Positions 18,306-29,058 are shown, numbered from the stretch's first letter. The stretch: 64,000 bases of DNA from Gemmatimonadales bacterium (GCA_039794085.1 JBDIWC010000002.1:1-64000), one strand, 5' to 3'. Numbers and translations are program-made. Notes: generated by a model from the letters alone, not told the origin.

Positions 18306-19746
18306 CGACTCGAATCCCGTAGCGCTCTGGGTTGGACACCTTGACGATGGACCGGAGGAAGGCCCCTCCCCCGGGAACCTCCTCGGCGAGATTCACGGTC
18401 ACTCCGGGGGGAGGTATCACCGCCCCGTCGGGGTCGACCGTCAGGTGGACCAGGGGGCGATGCAGGAATTCCCGGTTCGGGTTGACGCTGGCCACGACAC
18501 CGACTTCGAAGGTGTCGAGTACCACACAGGTCCCCACCGGATAGATCCCGATCAGGTTGATGAGTGCCTTCACGACGACCGGGTCGTACCCGCGCCGGGG
18601 ATTCTCCCACATTTCCCGCAGCACCTGATCGGGCTCGATCGGGGTGGTCTGGTACACCCGGCGGGTCGTGGCGGCATCGAACCCGTCTGCCACGGCCACG
18701 ATGCGCGAATAGATCCCGAGTTCCCGAGGGCGGACATGCCGGGGATAGCCGGTGAGGTCGGTCTTCATGTGGTGCTCATGCGCCACCAGGATGGACCGGT
18801 AGGGGATTTCGTCGTATCCCCGGAGCCGGAACAGGGTCAGAGCCCCCCGCCAGGGGTGCTGTTGAATGAGGGTCCACTCGTCCTCCTCCAGCCCCCCGAC
18901 CTTGTTGAGCACCTCCACCGGGATCCGCGCCTTGCCGACATCGTGCAGCAGCGCCGTCATTCCCAGATCGTAGAGTTGCAGCTTGGTCAGACCGATCTTC
19001 CGGCCGAGGGCCACCGCGAAGATGCAGACGTTGACCGAGTGGGTGAAGGTGTACTCGTCGTAATCGCGCAGTGTGGTGAGACCGAGGATCGAGGTTTCAT
19101 TGTTGAGAACCTGGTCCACGATCATCTGGACCGCCTGCTTGGCGCGCTTCAGGTTGCTGGTTCGACCGATCCGGATCGAGTTGATCACCTCCCGGGTCAC
19201 GGCCACCCCATGCGAATAGGTGCGCTTGGCCTGCTCCCGGGCATGGCGCAACTCATCTGCGGCATCGGAACCGGAGGTGGCGTCCAGTTCCAGCCCACGA
19301 ACCTTCGATCCCTGCAAACGCTCCAGCAGCAGTTCCTGACGACGCTCGGCCGGTTCCTGGCCCAGGGTCAGGAAGAGACTCAGCAGGACCTGCCACTCCG
19401 AGCGCTCCACCCCGGGATGGATGCGCAAGACCCCCACCTCAAAGGCTCGAAAGAGCTGCATGATGTGGGAGATCGCCGTGAAGTTGTCGAGCTCCAGGCG
19501 CAACCGTGTCGAGTTGACGAAGATGAAGTCCCCCGCGATGCGTATTTCAATCTCCCCCTCGGCGGTGAGGACCGCCTGGCATTCGCGCTGGAGGTCATCC
19601 AGCGCCTTCTGCACCGTGGTGTTTTCGAGGGGATAGAGCTTGAGGCTGCGCAGCGCGGCGTACAGGGTCAGCAGGAGGGTTCGCCCCGCCACCCGCAGAA
19701 ACGCCTCATCGCCGTCCCGGTGGACCTCACGGTCAGGTCCCGTCAT
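18289..19746 (-). CDS. HD-GYP cyclic-di-nucleotide phosphodiesterase
   Basis: [20 protein letters not shown]...GYP; ATG at 19746 overlaps the upstream stop. Confidence 0.88.
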   Translation of the reverse strand: MTGPDREVHRDGDEAFLRVAGRTLLLTLYAALRSLKLYPLENTTVQKALDDLQRECQAVLTAEGEIEIRIAGDFIFVNSTRLRLELDNFTAISHIMQLFRAFEVGVLRIHPGVERSEWQVLLSLFLTLGQEPAERRQELLLERLQGSKVRGLELDATSGSDAADELRHAREQAKRTYSHGVAVTREVINSIRIGRTSNLKRAKQAVQMIVDQVLNNETSILGLTTLRDYDEYTFTHSVNVCIFAVALGRKIGLTKLQLYDLGMTALLHDVGKARIPVEVLNKVGGLEEDEWTLIQQHPWRGALTLFRLRGYDEIPYRSILVAHEHHMKTDLTGYPRHVRPRELGIYSRIVAVADGFDAATTRRVYQTTPIEPDQVLREMWENPRRGYDPVVVKALINLIGIYPVGTCVVLDTFEVGVVASVNPNREFLHRPLVHLTVDPDGAVIPPPGVTVNLAEEVPGGGAFLRSIVKVSNPERYGIRVGDYFL

Positions 19747-21440
19747 CACGCCGGCCACCCCCGCAGAATGCGGGACACGGCATTCCGCACCGACAACTCC
19801 TTGTCCCGCTCGTTGCGCTCCAGCACGGCACGCGCCTCGGGCGTGCGAATTCGTCCGAGGGCATAGACGGCGCAGGTGCGGATATCGGCGGGGGCCCGGC
19901 GGCGAATCCACCCCCGGGGTTCGAGCACCCGGGTCAGTGCATCCAGGCCGGACGGTCCCGCCACCTCGGCGTACGCTTCGAAATACTGCAACCGTTCGGA
20001 TCGTTCCAGGGTCAACCGGGACTTCCCCCGGACCACGGATTCCAGGCGAGACAGAGCCCCCTTGAAGCCCTTCTCCCGGACCACCTCCACCGCCGCGAGG
20101 CGCACCTCCCGTTCCGCATCCTCCAACGCGGGCTCCAGCGCGCCGAGTGCCCCGGGCGACCCGATCTGTCCCAGGGAGGTCACTGCGGCGGCGCGCAGCG
20201 GGGGCTCGGGGGCGCTGAGGAGGTCGGCCAGGCCGGGGACTGCGGCCTGAAGCTGCAGGCGCCCGCAGAGCTGCACCAGCGCAAGTCGCGCAGGGGAGTC
20301 GGGGACCCGCAAGAGCCGCAGCACTCCTTCGGTATCCGTGGCCGCCAGCCGGTCCGCCGCCGCCTCCAGGATCCGTTTCACCTCCTCGTCGGCCATGGTC
20401 GGAAGGCCGGCAAGGATCGGCTCCAGAGCCGGGGGACGCAGGACGCCTATCAAATCCACGATTCCACCCTCTGCCAGGGAACTGCCCGACTCATCCATGG
20501 CCTGGACCAGCTGAGTCACGATGGCGGGAGAACTCAGCTGCACCTCGAATCCCTCCAGACGCTGATGGAGGTCGGGCTGCAGGTTGCTCGCTCTCTTCCG
20601 TGCGACCTGGAATTCCCGAAGCAGTCGGGCGACGGCGGAGAACTGTCCCTGCGTGAGCAGATTCGGGAAGAGGGTGTCGAAGATCTCGATCGCCTCCCGT
20701 CGCGCCTCGAGCCCCTCCTGGAGTTCCAGGATGTCGAGGACGATGTCGAGGGCACTGCTCCGGATGTCCCGGGAGTACTCCTGGGCCACCTGTCGGCGCA
20801 ACGCCTGCACCTCTCCATCGTCCAGGAAGTACAGGGTGCTGTCGAACTCGTCGAGGTCCACCACACCGGGAACCCGGGCCGGAGGAGCCGGATCCTGCCG
20901 CACCCGCTCCCGAACCTCCTCCGGAGCGGCGACCGCCTCGAGGTCGAGGGCCTGGGGGTCGAGGACCCCCATGTCGGTGACCACCTCCGCAAAATGGTAG
21001 GAGAGGAACTCGAAGTCCTGTTCCCAGAGCAGGGTGAGGAGGTCGTCTCCGGCATCCGCCGCCAACACCCGCGCCCGTCCGACCAGATTCAAGAAGGTGA
21101 AGATCTCCTTCTCCTCCACCCCGCGCCGGAGGGTCAGGTGACGCATGCCATCCTTGTACAGGCTCCAGGCAAAGCTCTCCGATCGGGTGGATTGGCTGTA
21201 CACCAGGTCACCGTCCCAGAACATGTCGGTCTCGACGATCGTGAGCGCGACTTCGTCGGCCACCTCCCAGACCGGGACGAAGGCCTCCTGGAGGGTCTCC
21301 CGGGCCCGCTGGAACATCGGGTTGTTGGGAAGGTACATCTGGAACGCCCGGGCCGATTTCCAGATGGTCCGCAACAGGTCGCCAACGGAAGCGCACCCCG
21401 GTGCCTCGGCCCCCCCACCCAGCACGACCGGGTCGGTCAT
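19746..21440 (-). CDS. HEAT-repeat protein
   Basis: C-terminal PBS/HEAT repeats (LRAAAVTSLG, VRLAAVE, VRNAVSR); start approximate. Confidence 0.8.
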   Translation of the reverse strand: MTDPVVLGGGAEAPGCASVGDLLRTIWKSARAFQMYLPNNPMFQRARETLQEAFVPVWEVADEVALTIVETDMFWDGDLVYSQSTRSESFAWSLYKDGMRHLTLRRGVEEKEIFTFLNLVGRARVLAADAGDDLLTLLWEQDFEFLSYHFAEVVTDMGVLDPQALDLEAVAAPEEVRERVRQDPAPPARVPGVVDLDEFDSTLYFLDDGEVQALRRQVAQEYSRDIRSSALDIVLDILELQEGLEARREAIEIFDTLFPNLLTQGQFSAVARLLREFQVARKRASNLQPDLHQRLEGFEVQLSSPAIVTQLVQAMDESGSSLAEGGIVDLIGVLRPPALEPILAGLPTMADEEVKRILEAAADRLAATDTEGVLRLLRVPDSPARLALVQLCGRLQLQAAVPGLADLLSAPEPPLRAAAVTSLGQIGSPGALGALEPALEDAEREVRLAAVEVVREKGFKGALSRLESVVRGKSRLTLERSERLQYFEAYAEVAGPSGLDALTRVLEPRGWIRRRAPADIRTCAVYALGRIRTPEARAVLERNERDKELSVRNAVSRILRGWPA

Positions 21441-21642
21441 GAGGTCGACGGCCCCATCCGGGGGAAGGGGCGGAGACACCGGGGGAGGATGGACAGGATC
21501 ACAGGCGCACGCTCGCTTGCCCGTTGATGGCGGAAATGGTGCCCCGGGCCGTCGCCTCGGGGGGCTGAACAAACTGCGAGCATTCAAGTTAGTCATGACG
21601 GGACAGGAAAAACACCACCTCCGGCCCTCCGAATGTCCCCTC

Positions 21643-21698
21643 TTGCGCTTCGGCTTGCATTCGGTAACTTGGAGAGTGAGATTTCGGCACTTCTTCGG
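21643..21698 (+). promoter_or_regulatory. Putative lexA promoter with two TTCGG-N6-TTCGG operator-like direct repeats
   Basis: TTGCGC (21643)-16 bp-TAACTT (21665); TTCGG at 21649/21660 and 21683/21694. Confidence 0.55.
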
Positions 21699-21708
21699 GA
21701 GGGAGACC

Positions 21709-22317
21709 ATGCCCCTGACCAAACGCCAGCGAGAAATCCTTTCCTATCTGGAGGGGTACATCGGAGAGCACGGCTATGCCCCGAGCTTCGAGGAAATCGC
21801 AGGCCAGTTCACTTTCCAGTCCCTCGCCACCGTCCACGAGCATTTGAGCAACCTCGAGCGGAAGGGTGTGATTCGCCGCTCCTACAACGAGAGCCGGTCG
21901 ATTGAAATCGTCCCGCCCGCGGGAACGTCCGGCGCCTCGGAGATCCCTCTGCTCGGAACGGTCGCCGCGGGACTTCCGATCGAGTCGCTCGTCCACCAGG
22001 AAACTCTTGCCGTCCCCGATGACATGCTTCCCCGCCGTGGCCCCAATTTCGCCCTCCGGGTCAGCGGCAACTCCATGATCGATGATCACATCCTCGACGG
22101 GGATTGCGTCGTGGTCCACGGTCGGCAGACGGCCGAAAATGGTGAGATGGTGATCGCGCTCGTCAACGGTGCGGAGGCCACCGTGAAGAAGTTCTATCGC
22201 GAGCCGGGTGGATGGATCCGGCTCCAGCCCGCCAACGCCGCCATGGTCCCCCTCCGGTTCCAGGAGCAGGATGTCATCATCCAGGGAGTGGTGGTCGGGG
22301 TGATCCGTCGTTTCTAG
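21709..22317 (+). CDS. lexA: SOS repressor LexA
   Basis: LTKRQ wHTH, VAAG cleavage site, GNSM Ser, TVKK Lys; GGAGGGAG RBS. Confidence 0.96.
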   Translation: MPLTKRQREILSYLEGYIGEHGYAPSFEEIAGQFTFQSLATVHEHLSNLERKGVIRRSYNESRSIEIVPPAGTSGASEIPLLGTVAAGLPIESLVHQETLAVPDDMLPRRGPNFALRVSGNSMIDDHILDGDCVVVHGRQTAENGEMVIALVNGAEATVKKFYREPGGWIRLQPANAAMVPLRFQEQDVIIQGVVVGVIRRF

Positions 22318-22437
22318 AGCAGGGAGTAGTCCCTTACGGACAGGATTGAACGCGAAACTCGAACAATATTTGGGGCGACGCCCGACCCCCCCGTCAGACC
22401 CGTCGATCGCCCCGGCCGCGCCGTGCGAGGGGGAGGG

Positions 22438-22536
22438 CCACACAAAGCACAGAAGTCACAAGAGGCACAACCTCGGGGCGCATGGGGGCCCCCCTGGGGC
22501 GAGAGAGGTTTCTGTGCCTTTTGTGCTTCTTGTGGT
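22438..22536. repeat. 9-bp-period inverted-repeat element, copy 2 (CACAA variant)
   Basis: CAC repeated every 9 nt at 22439-22470; inverted arm at 22510-22536. Confidence 0.8.
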
Positions 22537-22640
22537 TGGCTCTGGGGGCGGGGAGAGGGCTCCGGAGGGACAGGAACCCATGCCGAAGAAAACCCACGCG
22601 AAACCCCGAGGTGCCTCTGTGGTTCCGGCTCGGCCAGCTT

Positions 22641-22710
22641 GGGGAGTAGGGAAGGGGGAGTAGGGGAATGGGGATGGAGCACCCCTGGGCTCGCCGGGCT
22701 CCAGCCCGGC
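22641..22710. repeat. GGGGAGTA-type short tandem repeat plus CTGGG-led REP-like hairpin
   Basis: ggggagta/gggaagg/gggagta/ggggaatg; GCCGGGCT-CC-AGCCCGGC at 22693-22710. Confidence 0.65.
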
Positions 22711-22821
22711 ACGCACCGAGGTTCCAAGGCCGTCGTCGATCTGATCATGGTGTCCCTGAATGAGCCGATCTGCCTGATTCCCCTGCTTGTACCGGGCCCC
22801 CCCAACGGCTAGATTCCGCCC

Positions 22822-23607
22822 GTGATCGGACGCACAGTCCACCTGCTCCTGCACTTCGACGGCACCGGTTTCCATGGATGGCAGCGCCAGAGTGCTGATC
22901 GCACCGTCCAGGGGGAACTGGAGGCCGTCCTTCGTCGGTTGTGCGGTCACCGGATCGTGGTTCACGGAGCGGGCCGGACCGATGCCGGGGTCCATGCGAT
23001 CGGAATGAGCGCGAGCTGCACCGTGCCCGAGCGCTGGACCCCTCCGGATTTGTGCCGTGCGCTCAACGCTCTCCTGCCCCCGGATTGCTGGGTGGTGTCG
23101 GCCACGGAAGCCATCTCCGGTTTTCACGCGCGGCGCTCGGCCACGGAGCGGGAGTACCGGTACGACGTCGGGATCACTCCAGGCTGCCGTTCGCCCTTTC
23201 GGAGGCGATACGAGTGGCCCCTCGCGATCCCCCTCGACCGGACGGCCCTCGACATGGCGGCGCACATGATGCTCGGTGACCACGATTTCCGGAGCCTGGC
23301 GGTCCGCACCGCGGATCGGAGCGACACCCGGTGCCGGGTGCGCGTGGCCCGATGGGAGAGCCGGGGCCCGGGGACCGACCTCCGTTTCCACATCGCCGCC
23401 AACCGATTTCTGCACCACATGGTGCGGATCCTGGTGGGAACCATGGTGGAGATCGGACGGGGCCGACGCCCTCCGGAGGACCTCGCGGCACTTCTGGAAC
23501 GGCGTCCCGAGGTGCGTGCCGCGGCCCCGGCGCCCCCGGGGGGACTCTTTTTCGTGACGGCGCGGTATCCGTCTCACTGGTTCCCCCACCTGGGTCACCC
23601 GGCATGA
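22822..23607 (+). CDS. truA: tRNA pseudouridine(38-40) synthase TruA
   Basis: FDGTGFHGWQRQ, AGRTDAGVHA, FLHHMVR. Confidence 0.95.
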   Translation: MIGRTVHLLLHFDGTGFHGWQRQSADRTVQGELEAVLRRLCGHRIVVHGAGRTDAGVHAIGMSASCTVPERWTPPDLCRALNALLPPDCWVVSATEAISGFHARRSATEREYRYDVGITPGCRSPFRRRYEWPLAIPLDRTALDMAAHMMLGDHDFRSLAVRTADRSDTRCRVRVARWESRGPGTDLRFHIAANRFLHHMVRILVGTMVEIGRGRRPPEDLAALLERRPEVRAAAPAPPGGLFFVTARYPSHWFPHLGHPA

Positions 23608-25022
23608 CCTCCTCCCCATTCCTCCTGCGCACGGTGCCCCTGGTTGTCGTGCTCCTGGGATGCAGCCACGATCCCCACACCGGGGACCTGGTGCGCGGCA
23701 TGCAGGCCCAGCGGGGGGCCTCTCCCGTCCCCTCGCTGGATGGGTCCCGGCGCACGGCGATCGTGGAGGCCGCCGCCCGGGTGGGACCGTCGGTGGTGTC
23801 CCTCCATGTGGCCTCCCGGCGCCGTGTCACCAGTGCCCCCGGCCCGTTCGATTTCTTTTTTGTGCCGCGGCAGTCGGAACAGGTCGTGGAGAGTTACGGT
23901 ACCGGGTTCCTGATCCGCTCCGACGGCATCGTCGTCACGAACCAGCACGTCGTGGCCGGCGCGGAAACCATCACGGTCTCTCTCCCCAACAACACCGAGG
24001 TCGAGGGAACCCTTCTCGGGGAGGACCCCACCACCGACATCGCGGTGGTCCGTATCCCGGGGCGGGGGTATCCCGTCCCCCCGATCGGGAGGAGCACGGA
24101 TCTGATGATCGGGGAATGGGTCATCGCTCTCGGCAATCCCTATACCTATCTGCTCGGCAACGCCGAACCGACCGTGACGGCGGGCGTGGTCAGCGCCACG
24201 GGGCGCAACATCCTTCCCAGCGGTGACCAGCCGGGCATGTACCTCGACATGATCCAGACCGATGCGGCCATCAACCCCGGCAACTCGGGGGGGCCGCTGG
24301 CCAACGCGTCCGGCGAGGTGGTCGGGCTCGCATCCTCCATCTTCACGAGCGGAGGCGGATCGATCGGGCTCGGGTTCGCCATTCCGGTGGAGCGGGTCCT
24401 GCGCGTCGCCGAGGACATCATCCGCAATGGCACGGTACGCCGTGCCTGGACGGGTCTGGACGTGGCCGGAGCGAGCGCCATGCGGGACTGGAAGAGCCGG
24501 GGCGGCGTGTCCGTGACCCGGGTGGCCCCCGGAGGACCGGCCGCGCGTGCCGGACTCGGTGAGGGCGCCGTGCTGGTGGAGGCCAACGGACGCCCGCTGC
24601 GCAACTACCTCGACTGGGAGGCCGTGAAGCTCGATCTGCGCGTGGGCGACACGATCTCCCTCCGCTACCGCGGCCCCCGGGGAGCACGAACGGTCCGGAT
24701 CGTCACCGGGGATCTTCCCACCGTCACCGCCGAGAAGATCTCCGTGCTCCGGGGTCTCGAACTGGTCACCGTGACCCCCGCAGTTCAGGCCGAGCGCGGC
24801 CTGCGATCCGCCCGAGGTGCCCTGGTATTCCGCCTCCCCCGGGAGGTGGCTGAGGCCACCGGACTTCGCGAGGGTGACGTGATCGTGGCGGTGAACCGGA
24901 CGGTGATCACCTCGGCTGCTCAGGTGGGGCCGATCTTCGAGTCGATGAGGCGGCGACAACTCTTCCGGATCACGTTCGAGCGGGATGGACAATTCATCTT
25001 CACCGACCTCGAGTTTCGATGA
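23604..25022 (+). CDS. HtrA/DegP-family serine protease with two PDZ domains (probable lipoprotein)
   Basis: LLGC lipobox, VTNQHVV, DIAV, IQTDAAINPGNSGG. Confidence 0.9.
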   Translation: MTSSPFLLRTVPLVVVLLGCSHDPHTGDLVRGMQAQRGASPVPSLDGSRRTAIVEAAARVGPSVVSLHVASRRRVTSAPGPFDFFFVPRQSEQVVESYGTGFLIRSDGIVVTNQHVVAGAETITVSLPNNTEVEGTLLGEDPTTDIAVVRIPGRGYPVPPIGRSTDLMIGEWVIALGNPYTYLLGNAEPTVTAGVVSATGRNILPSGDQPGMYLDMIQTDAAINPGNSGGPLANASGEVVGLASSIFTSGGGSIGLGFAIPVERVLRVAEDIIRNGTVRRAWTGLDVAGASAMRDWKSRGGVSVTRVAPGGPAARAGLGEGAVLVEANGRPLRNYLDWEAVKLDLRVGDTISLRYRGPRGARTVRIVTGDLPTVTAEKISVLRGLELVTVTPAVQAERGLRSARGALVFRLPREVAEATGLREGDVIVAVNRTVITSAAQVGPIFESMRRRQLFRITFERDGQFIFTDLEFR

Positions 25023-26461
25023 GCGACACCACGCGGTATCAGACCCCCCTCTCCACCCGCTACGCATCGCCGCAGATGCAGGCCTTGTGGGGGGCGCAGC
25101 ACCGCGCCGGCCTCTGGCGCCGGATCTGGCTCGCACTGATGGAGGCCCAACGCGAACTGGGACTCGACATTCCCGCCGAGGCGATCGACGACCTCCGCGC
25201 GCATCTTGACGACGCCGACCTCGCGGTGGCCGCCGACTATGAGCGCCGATTTCGCCACGATGTGATGGCTCACATCCACGCCGTGGGTGACCGGGCCCCT
25301 CGCGCACGACCCTACCTGCACCTGGGTGCCACCAGCGCCTTCATCACCGACAACGCCGACCTCCTGGTCCTCCGGGATGGGCTCCAACTCCTGCTCGGCC
25401 GGACCCTCGCGCTTCTCGACACCCTGGCCCGGCAGGCCCGCGCCCATGCGGACCTCCCCTGCCTGGCCTACACCCACTTCCAGCCGGCCCAGCTCACCAC
25501 CGTGGGCAAGCGGATGACGCTCTGGGCCCAGGATTTCGCCCTCGACGTGGAGGAGCTGCTCCACCGCCTCGCCACACTGCGGGCCCGCGGGTGCAAGGGC
25601 ACGACGGGAACCCAGGCGTCGTTTCTCGAGCTCTTCGGAGGGGACCACGAGCGGGTCCGTGCCCTGGACCGCCTGATCAGTGACCGCCTCGGGTTTGCGG
25701 CGGCCTTTGCCGTCACCGGGCAGACCTACCCCCGCAAGGTGGACGCGATGGTCCTCGATGCGTTGAGCGGTCTCGCCCAGTCCGCCGCCAAGATGGCGGT
25801 GGATCTGCGGCTGTTGCAGCACGAAGGCGAGATCCTGGAGCCCTTCGAATCCGACCAGATCGGGTCCAGTGCCATGGCCTACAAGCGCAATCCGATGCGG
25901 GCCGAACGCATCGGGGCGCTCGCGCGCTTCGTCATGGCGCTCCAGGCCAACGGAGCACAGACCGCAGCCACCCAGTGGCTCGAGCGCACCCTGGACGACA
26001 GCGCCAACCGCCGCATGACCCTGCCCGAGGCGTTTCTCGGGGTCGATGCCCTCCTGCTCCTCGCCAACAACGTGGCCTGGGGGTTGGAGGTCAGGGCCCC
26101 GGTCATCGCCCGGCATGTGGAGGCCCAGATGCCTTTTATGGCCACCGAGCGCTGGCTCATGCTGGCCACGGCCCGAGGCGGGGACCGGCAGACTCTGCAC
26201 GAGGTCATTCGCACCCACAGCATGGCCACCGCGACCGCGGTGGCTGCCGGGTCTCCCAATGACCTCCTGGAGCGCCTGGCGGCGGATCCCGCGTTCTCGT
26301 CGATCCCCGCGGATCAGCTCCGGGCCGAACTCGACCCCCGCCGGTATGTGGGCCGCGCACCGGAACAGGTGACCGAGTTCCTGGAGGAACATCTCGCGCC
26401 GCTCCTGCGGCGCGCCCGGCCTCTCGCCACCGCACTCACGGCCGCGGAGATCCGCGTATGA
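25019..26461 (+). CDS. purB: Adenylosuccinate lyase
   Basis: RHDVMAH, GSSAMAYKRNP, WLERTLDDSA. Confidence 0.95.
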   Translation: MSDTTRYQTPLSTRYASPQMQALWGAQHRAGLWRRIWLALMEAQRELGLDIPAEAIDDLRAHLDDADLAVAADYERRFRHDVMAHIHAVGDRAPRARPYLHLGATSAFITDNADLLVLRDGLQLLLGRTLALLDTLARQARAHADLPCLAYTHFQPAQLTTVGKRMTLWAQDFALDVEELLHRLATLRARGCKGTTGTQASFLELFGGDHERVRALDRLISDRLGFAAAFAVTGQTYPRKVDAMVLDALSGLAQSAAKMAVDLRLLQHEGEILEPFESDQIGSSAMAYKRNPMRAERIGALARFVMALQANGAQTAATQWLERTLDDSANRRMTLPEAFLGVDALLLLANNVAWGLEVRAPVIARHVEAQMPFMATERWLMLATARGGDRQTLHEVIRTHSMATATAVAAGSPNDLLERLAADPAFSSIPADQLRAELDPRRYVGRAPEQVTEFLEEHLAPLLRRARPLATALTAAEIRV

Positions 26462-27372
26462 CCGGCCTGCGGAGCACCACGCTCCCGCTTCCCCTCTGCA
26501 GGCGGGGGAAGGTCCGGGAGGTCTATGAGGTCGACGCGGAACACCTCCTGCTCGTGGCCAGCGACCGGGTCAGCGCCTTCGACGTCGTCATGACCGAGCC
26601 GGTCCCGCGCAAGGGCGAGGTGCTCACCCAGATCTCCGCGTTCTGGTTCCGTCGCCTCGCCTCGCTGGGACCCACCCACTTCCTGACGGCCGACTGGCGG
26701 GAGATCGTGGACCGGATTCCCGCCCTCGCCTCTCATCCCGAGGGCGCGGGACGGTCGACGCTGGTCCGGCGCACGACTCCGGTCCCCTTCGAGTGCGTCG
26801 TGCGGGGCTACCTGTCGGGATCGGCCTGGGCGGAGTATGCCGCCCACGGCACCTTGGCCGGGGAACCGATGCCGCCGGGCCTCCCGGAAGCCGCCCGTCT
26901 CGACCCCCCGATCTTCTCACCGGCGACCAAGGCGGAAACCGGACATGATGAAAACGTGCCCTTCTCCCGGGTACGGGCTGCCCTCGGGACAGTCGCGGAT
27001 CGGCTTCGGGAGCGGAGCCTGGCTCTTTTTCGGGCCGCGTCGGCCCATGCGCGCACTGTGGGCCTGATCCTGGCCGACACCAAATTCGAGTTCGGACACG
27101 ACAGCAGCGGAGAGCTGGTGCTCATCGACGAGATCCTGACTCCCGACAGCTCCCGGTTCTGGCCTCTCGAACCGGGAGAGGCAGCGGCCCACCGATCGGG
27201 ATTCGACAAGCAGCCCCTGCGGGACCACCTGGCCCGGATGAAGGCGTCCGGCGCCTGGAATGGAGACCCCCCGCCCCCTCCCCTTTCTCCCGACGTGATC
27301 ACCGCGATGACAACCCGCTACCTCGACGTGTATCATCGTCTGACCGGGGTCCCCCTGCCCGAGGTATCCTGA
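26458..27372 (+). CDS. purC: SAICAR synthetase
   Basis: GKVREVY, SDRVSAFD, ADTKFEFG, DEILTPDSSRFW. Confidence 0.96.
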   Translation: MTGLRSTTLPLPLCRRGKVREVYEVDAEHLLLVASDRVSAFDVVMTEPVPRKGEVLTQISAFWFRRLASLGPTHFLTADWREIVDRIPALASHPEGAGRSTLVRRTTPVPFECVVRGYLSGSAWAEYAAHGTLAGEPMPPGLPEAARLDPPIFSPATKAETGHDENVPFSRVRAALGTVADRLRERSLALFRAASAHARTVGLILADTKFEFGHDSSGELVLIDEILTPDSSRFWPLEPGEAAAHRSGFDKQPLRDHLARMKASGAWNGDPPPPPLSPDVITAMTTRYLDVYHRLTGVPLPEVS

Positions 27373-27998
27373 TGCGCATCGCTCCCGAGGGATGGCCGTT
27401 CATCGGCATGGCGGCCGGCCTCCTGGCCCTCCTCGCGCTGGTCGCGCCGTGGTGGGTTCCCCTCCTCTGGCTCCCGGTGGCCGTCTGGGTGGTGGCCTTC
27501 TTCCGCGACCCGCCACGCGACACGGTGCGCGGGGACCGATTGATCCTGGCCCCGGCCGATGGCCGAATCGTCAGCATCATCCCGATCGATGAACCCGAGT
27601 TTCTCGGAGGCCCGGCCACCCGGGTGTCGATCTTCATGAACGTGTTCAACGTCCACGTGAACCGGTATCCCTGCGAGGGGACCGTCGCCCACCGGGCCTA
27701 TCACCCCGGCCGCTTCCTGAACGCGGCCTCGGAAAAGGCGAGCCGGGAGAACGAGCAGGCGACGATCGGACTGGACACGGCCCGGGGACGGATCCTCCTC
27801 CGGCAGATCGCCGGGCTGGTCGCGCGCCGCATCGTGACCGATCACGGCCCGGGGACCCCCGTGACCCAGGGGAGCCGGCTCGGCCTGATCCGGTTCGGAT
27901 CCCGGGTCGATGTGTTCCTTCCTCCCGGGGTCACCGTGCGGGTCGCGCTGGGCGATCGCACGCGGGCCGCCGACACCGTTCTGGCGGAGTGGTCATGA
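27372..27998 (+). CDS. psd: Phosphatidylserine decarboxylase proenzyme
   Basis: FFRDPPR, NVHVNR, RFGSRVD self-cleavage motif. Confidence 0.92.
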   Translation: MRIAPEGWPFIGMAAGLLALLALVAPWWVPLLWLPVAVWVVAFFRDPPRDTVRGDRLILAPADGRIVSIIPIDEPEFLGGPATRVSIFMNVFNVHVNRYPCEGTVAHRAYHPGRFLNAASEKASRENEQATIGLDTARGRILLRQIAGLVARRIVTDHGPGTPVTQGSRLGLIRFGSRVDVFLPPGVTVRVALGDRTRAADTVLAEWS

Positions 27999-28807
27999 TC
28001 CCCCCCCCTTCCCCTCCCCCCGCCCCCCAGACGGAGGAGCGCCGGCGAAGCGGTCGCATGAGGCGCGTGGTCGTCGTCATTCCCAGCGCCCTGACCCTGG
28101 GCAATCTCTTCTTCGGATTCTGGTCCATCGTCTCGGCCTATCGGGGGAATTTCGTCTGGGCCGGGTGGTTCATCGTCTTTGCCGCCGTCCTCGACATGCT
28201 CGATGGACGGGTGGCGCGGCTCTCCGACGCCGGCAGCCGATTCGGGGCGGAACTCGATTCCCTCGTCGACGTCATCTCGTTCGGCGTGGCCCCCGCCTTT
28301 CTCATGTACTTTCTGGAGTTCCAGGCCGCGGGACGCTTCGGATGGGTGCTGTGCTACCTGTACGTGGTCGCCACGGCTGTCCGGCTGGCCCGCTACAACG
28401 TGCTCGCCAGCGGGGGGTCGTCCAGCCAGTGGTTCACGGGCCTCCCCTCGCCGTCGGCCGGCATGACGCTGGCCGTGTATTATCCCTTCAGTCAGACCGA
28501 ATGGTATCGGGCCTCGTTGGCGTATCTCGATCTGCAGCACGAGGGGTTGACGGTTCTCCTCCTGCTGCTGGCGGTGTTGATGGTGAGCAATGTGAAATAC
28601 CCTCGCTGGCCCCGCATCGGATTGCGGACCTGGGGCGGCCGCCTCGGCATTCTTGCCCATGCGGTGATCCTCGGGGGTGCCCTTCTGGACCCGGCCGCTT
28701 TCCTCTTTCCTCTCGGTCTCGGCTACATGGCCTTTGGCATGCTCCGCACCATGGTGCTCGGATTGATCGAACGCAACGACCCCACGTCTCCCCGGAGTGC
28801 CGCATGA
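27995..28807 (+). CDS. pssA: CDP-diacylglycerol--serine O-phosphatidyltransferase
   Basis: DMLDGRVAR...SRFGAELDSLVD CDP-alcohol phosphotransferase motif; adjacent to psd. Confidence 0.9.
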   Translation: MIPPPSPPPAPQTEERRRSGRMRRVVVVIPSALTLGNLFFGFWSIVSAYRGNFVWAGWFIVFAAVLDMLDGRVARLSDAGSRFGAELDSLVDVISFGVAPAFLMYFLEFQAAGRFGWVLCYLYVVATAVRLARYNVLASGGSSSQWFTGLPSPSAGMTLAVYYPFSQTEWYRASLAYLDLQHEGLTVLLLLLAVLMVSNVKYPRWPRIGLRTWGGRLGILAHAVILGGALLDPAAFLFPLGLGYMAFGMLRTMVLGLIERNDPTSPRSAA

Positions 28808-29058
28808 AGTTTCGGGCTCACATCCGCATCCTCCCCCGCCCCGGCCTCCTGGACCCCCAGGGGCAGGCCATCGCCCATGCCCTCACCGAGCTCGACTTTT
28901 CGGAGGCGAGCACGGTCCGAGTCGGCAAGGCGATCGAGGTCGACCTGGAGGCGGCGAACGCCACGGCCGCCACCCGGAGGGTGCGAGCCATGTGCGACAC
29001 CCTCCTGGCCAATCCGGTCACCGAGGATTTCCGCATCGAGATCGAGACCCTCTCGTGA
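28804..29058 (+). CDS. purS: FGAM synthase subunit PurS
   Basis: LLDPQG, LLANPVTE. Confidence 0.92.
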   Translation: MKFRAHIRILPRPGLLDPQGQAIAHALTELDFSEASTVRVGKAIEVDLEAANATAATRRVRAMCDTLLANPVTEDFRIEIETLS

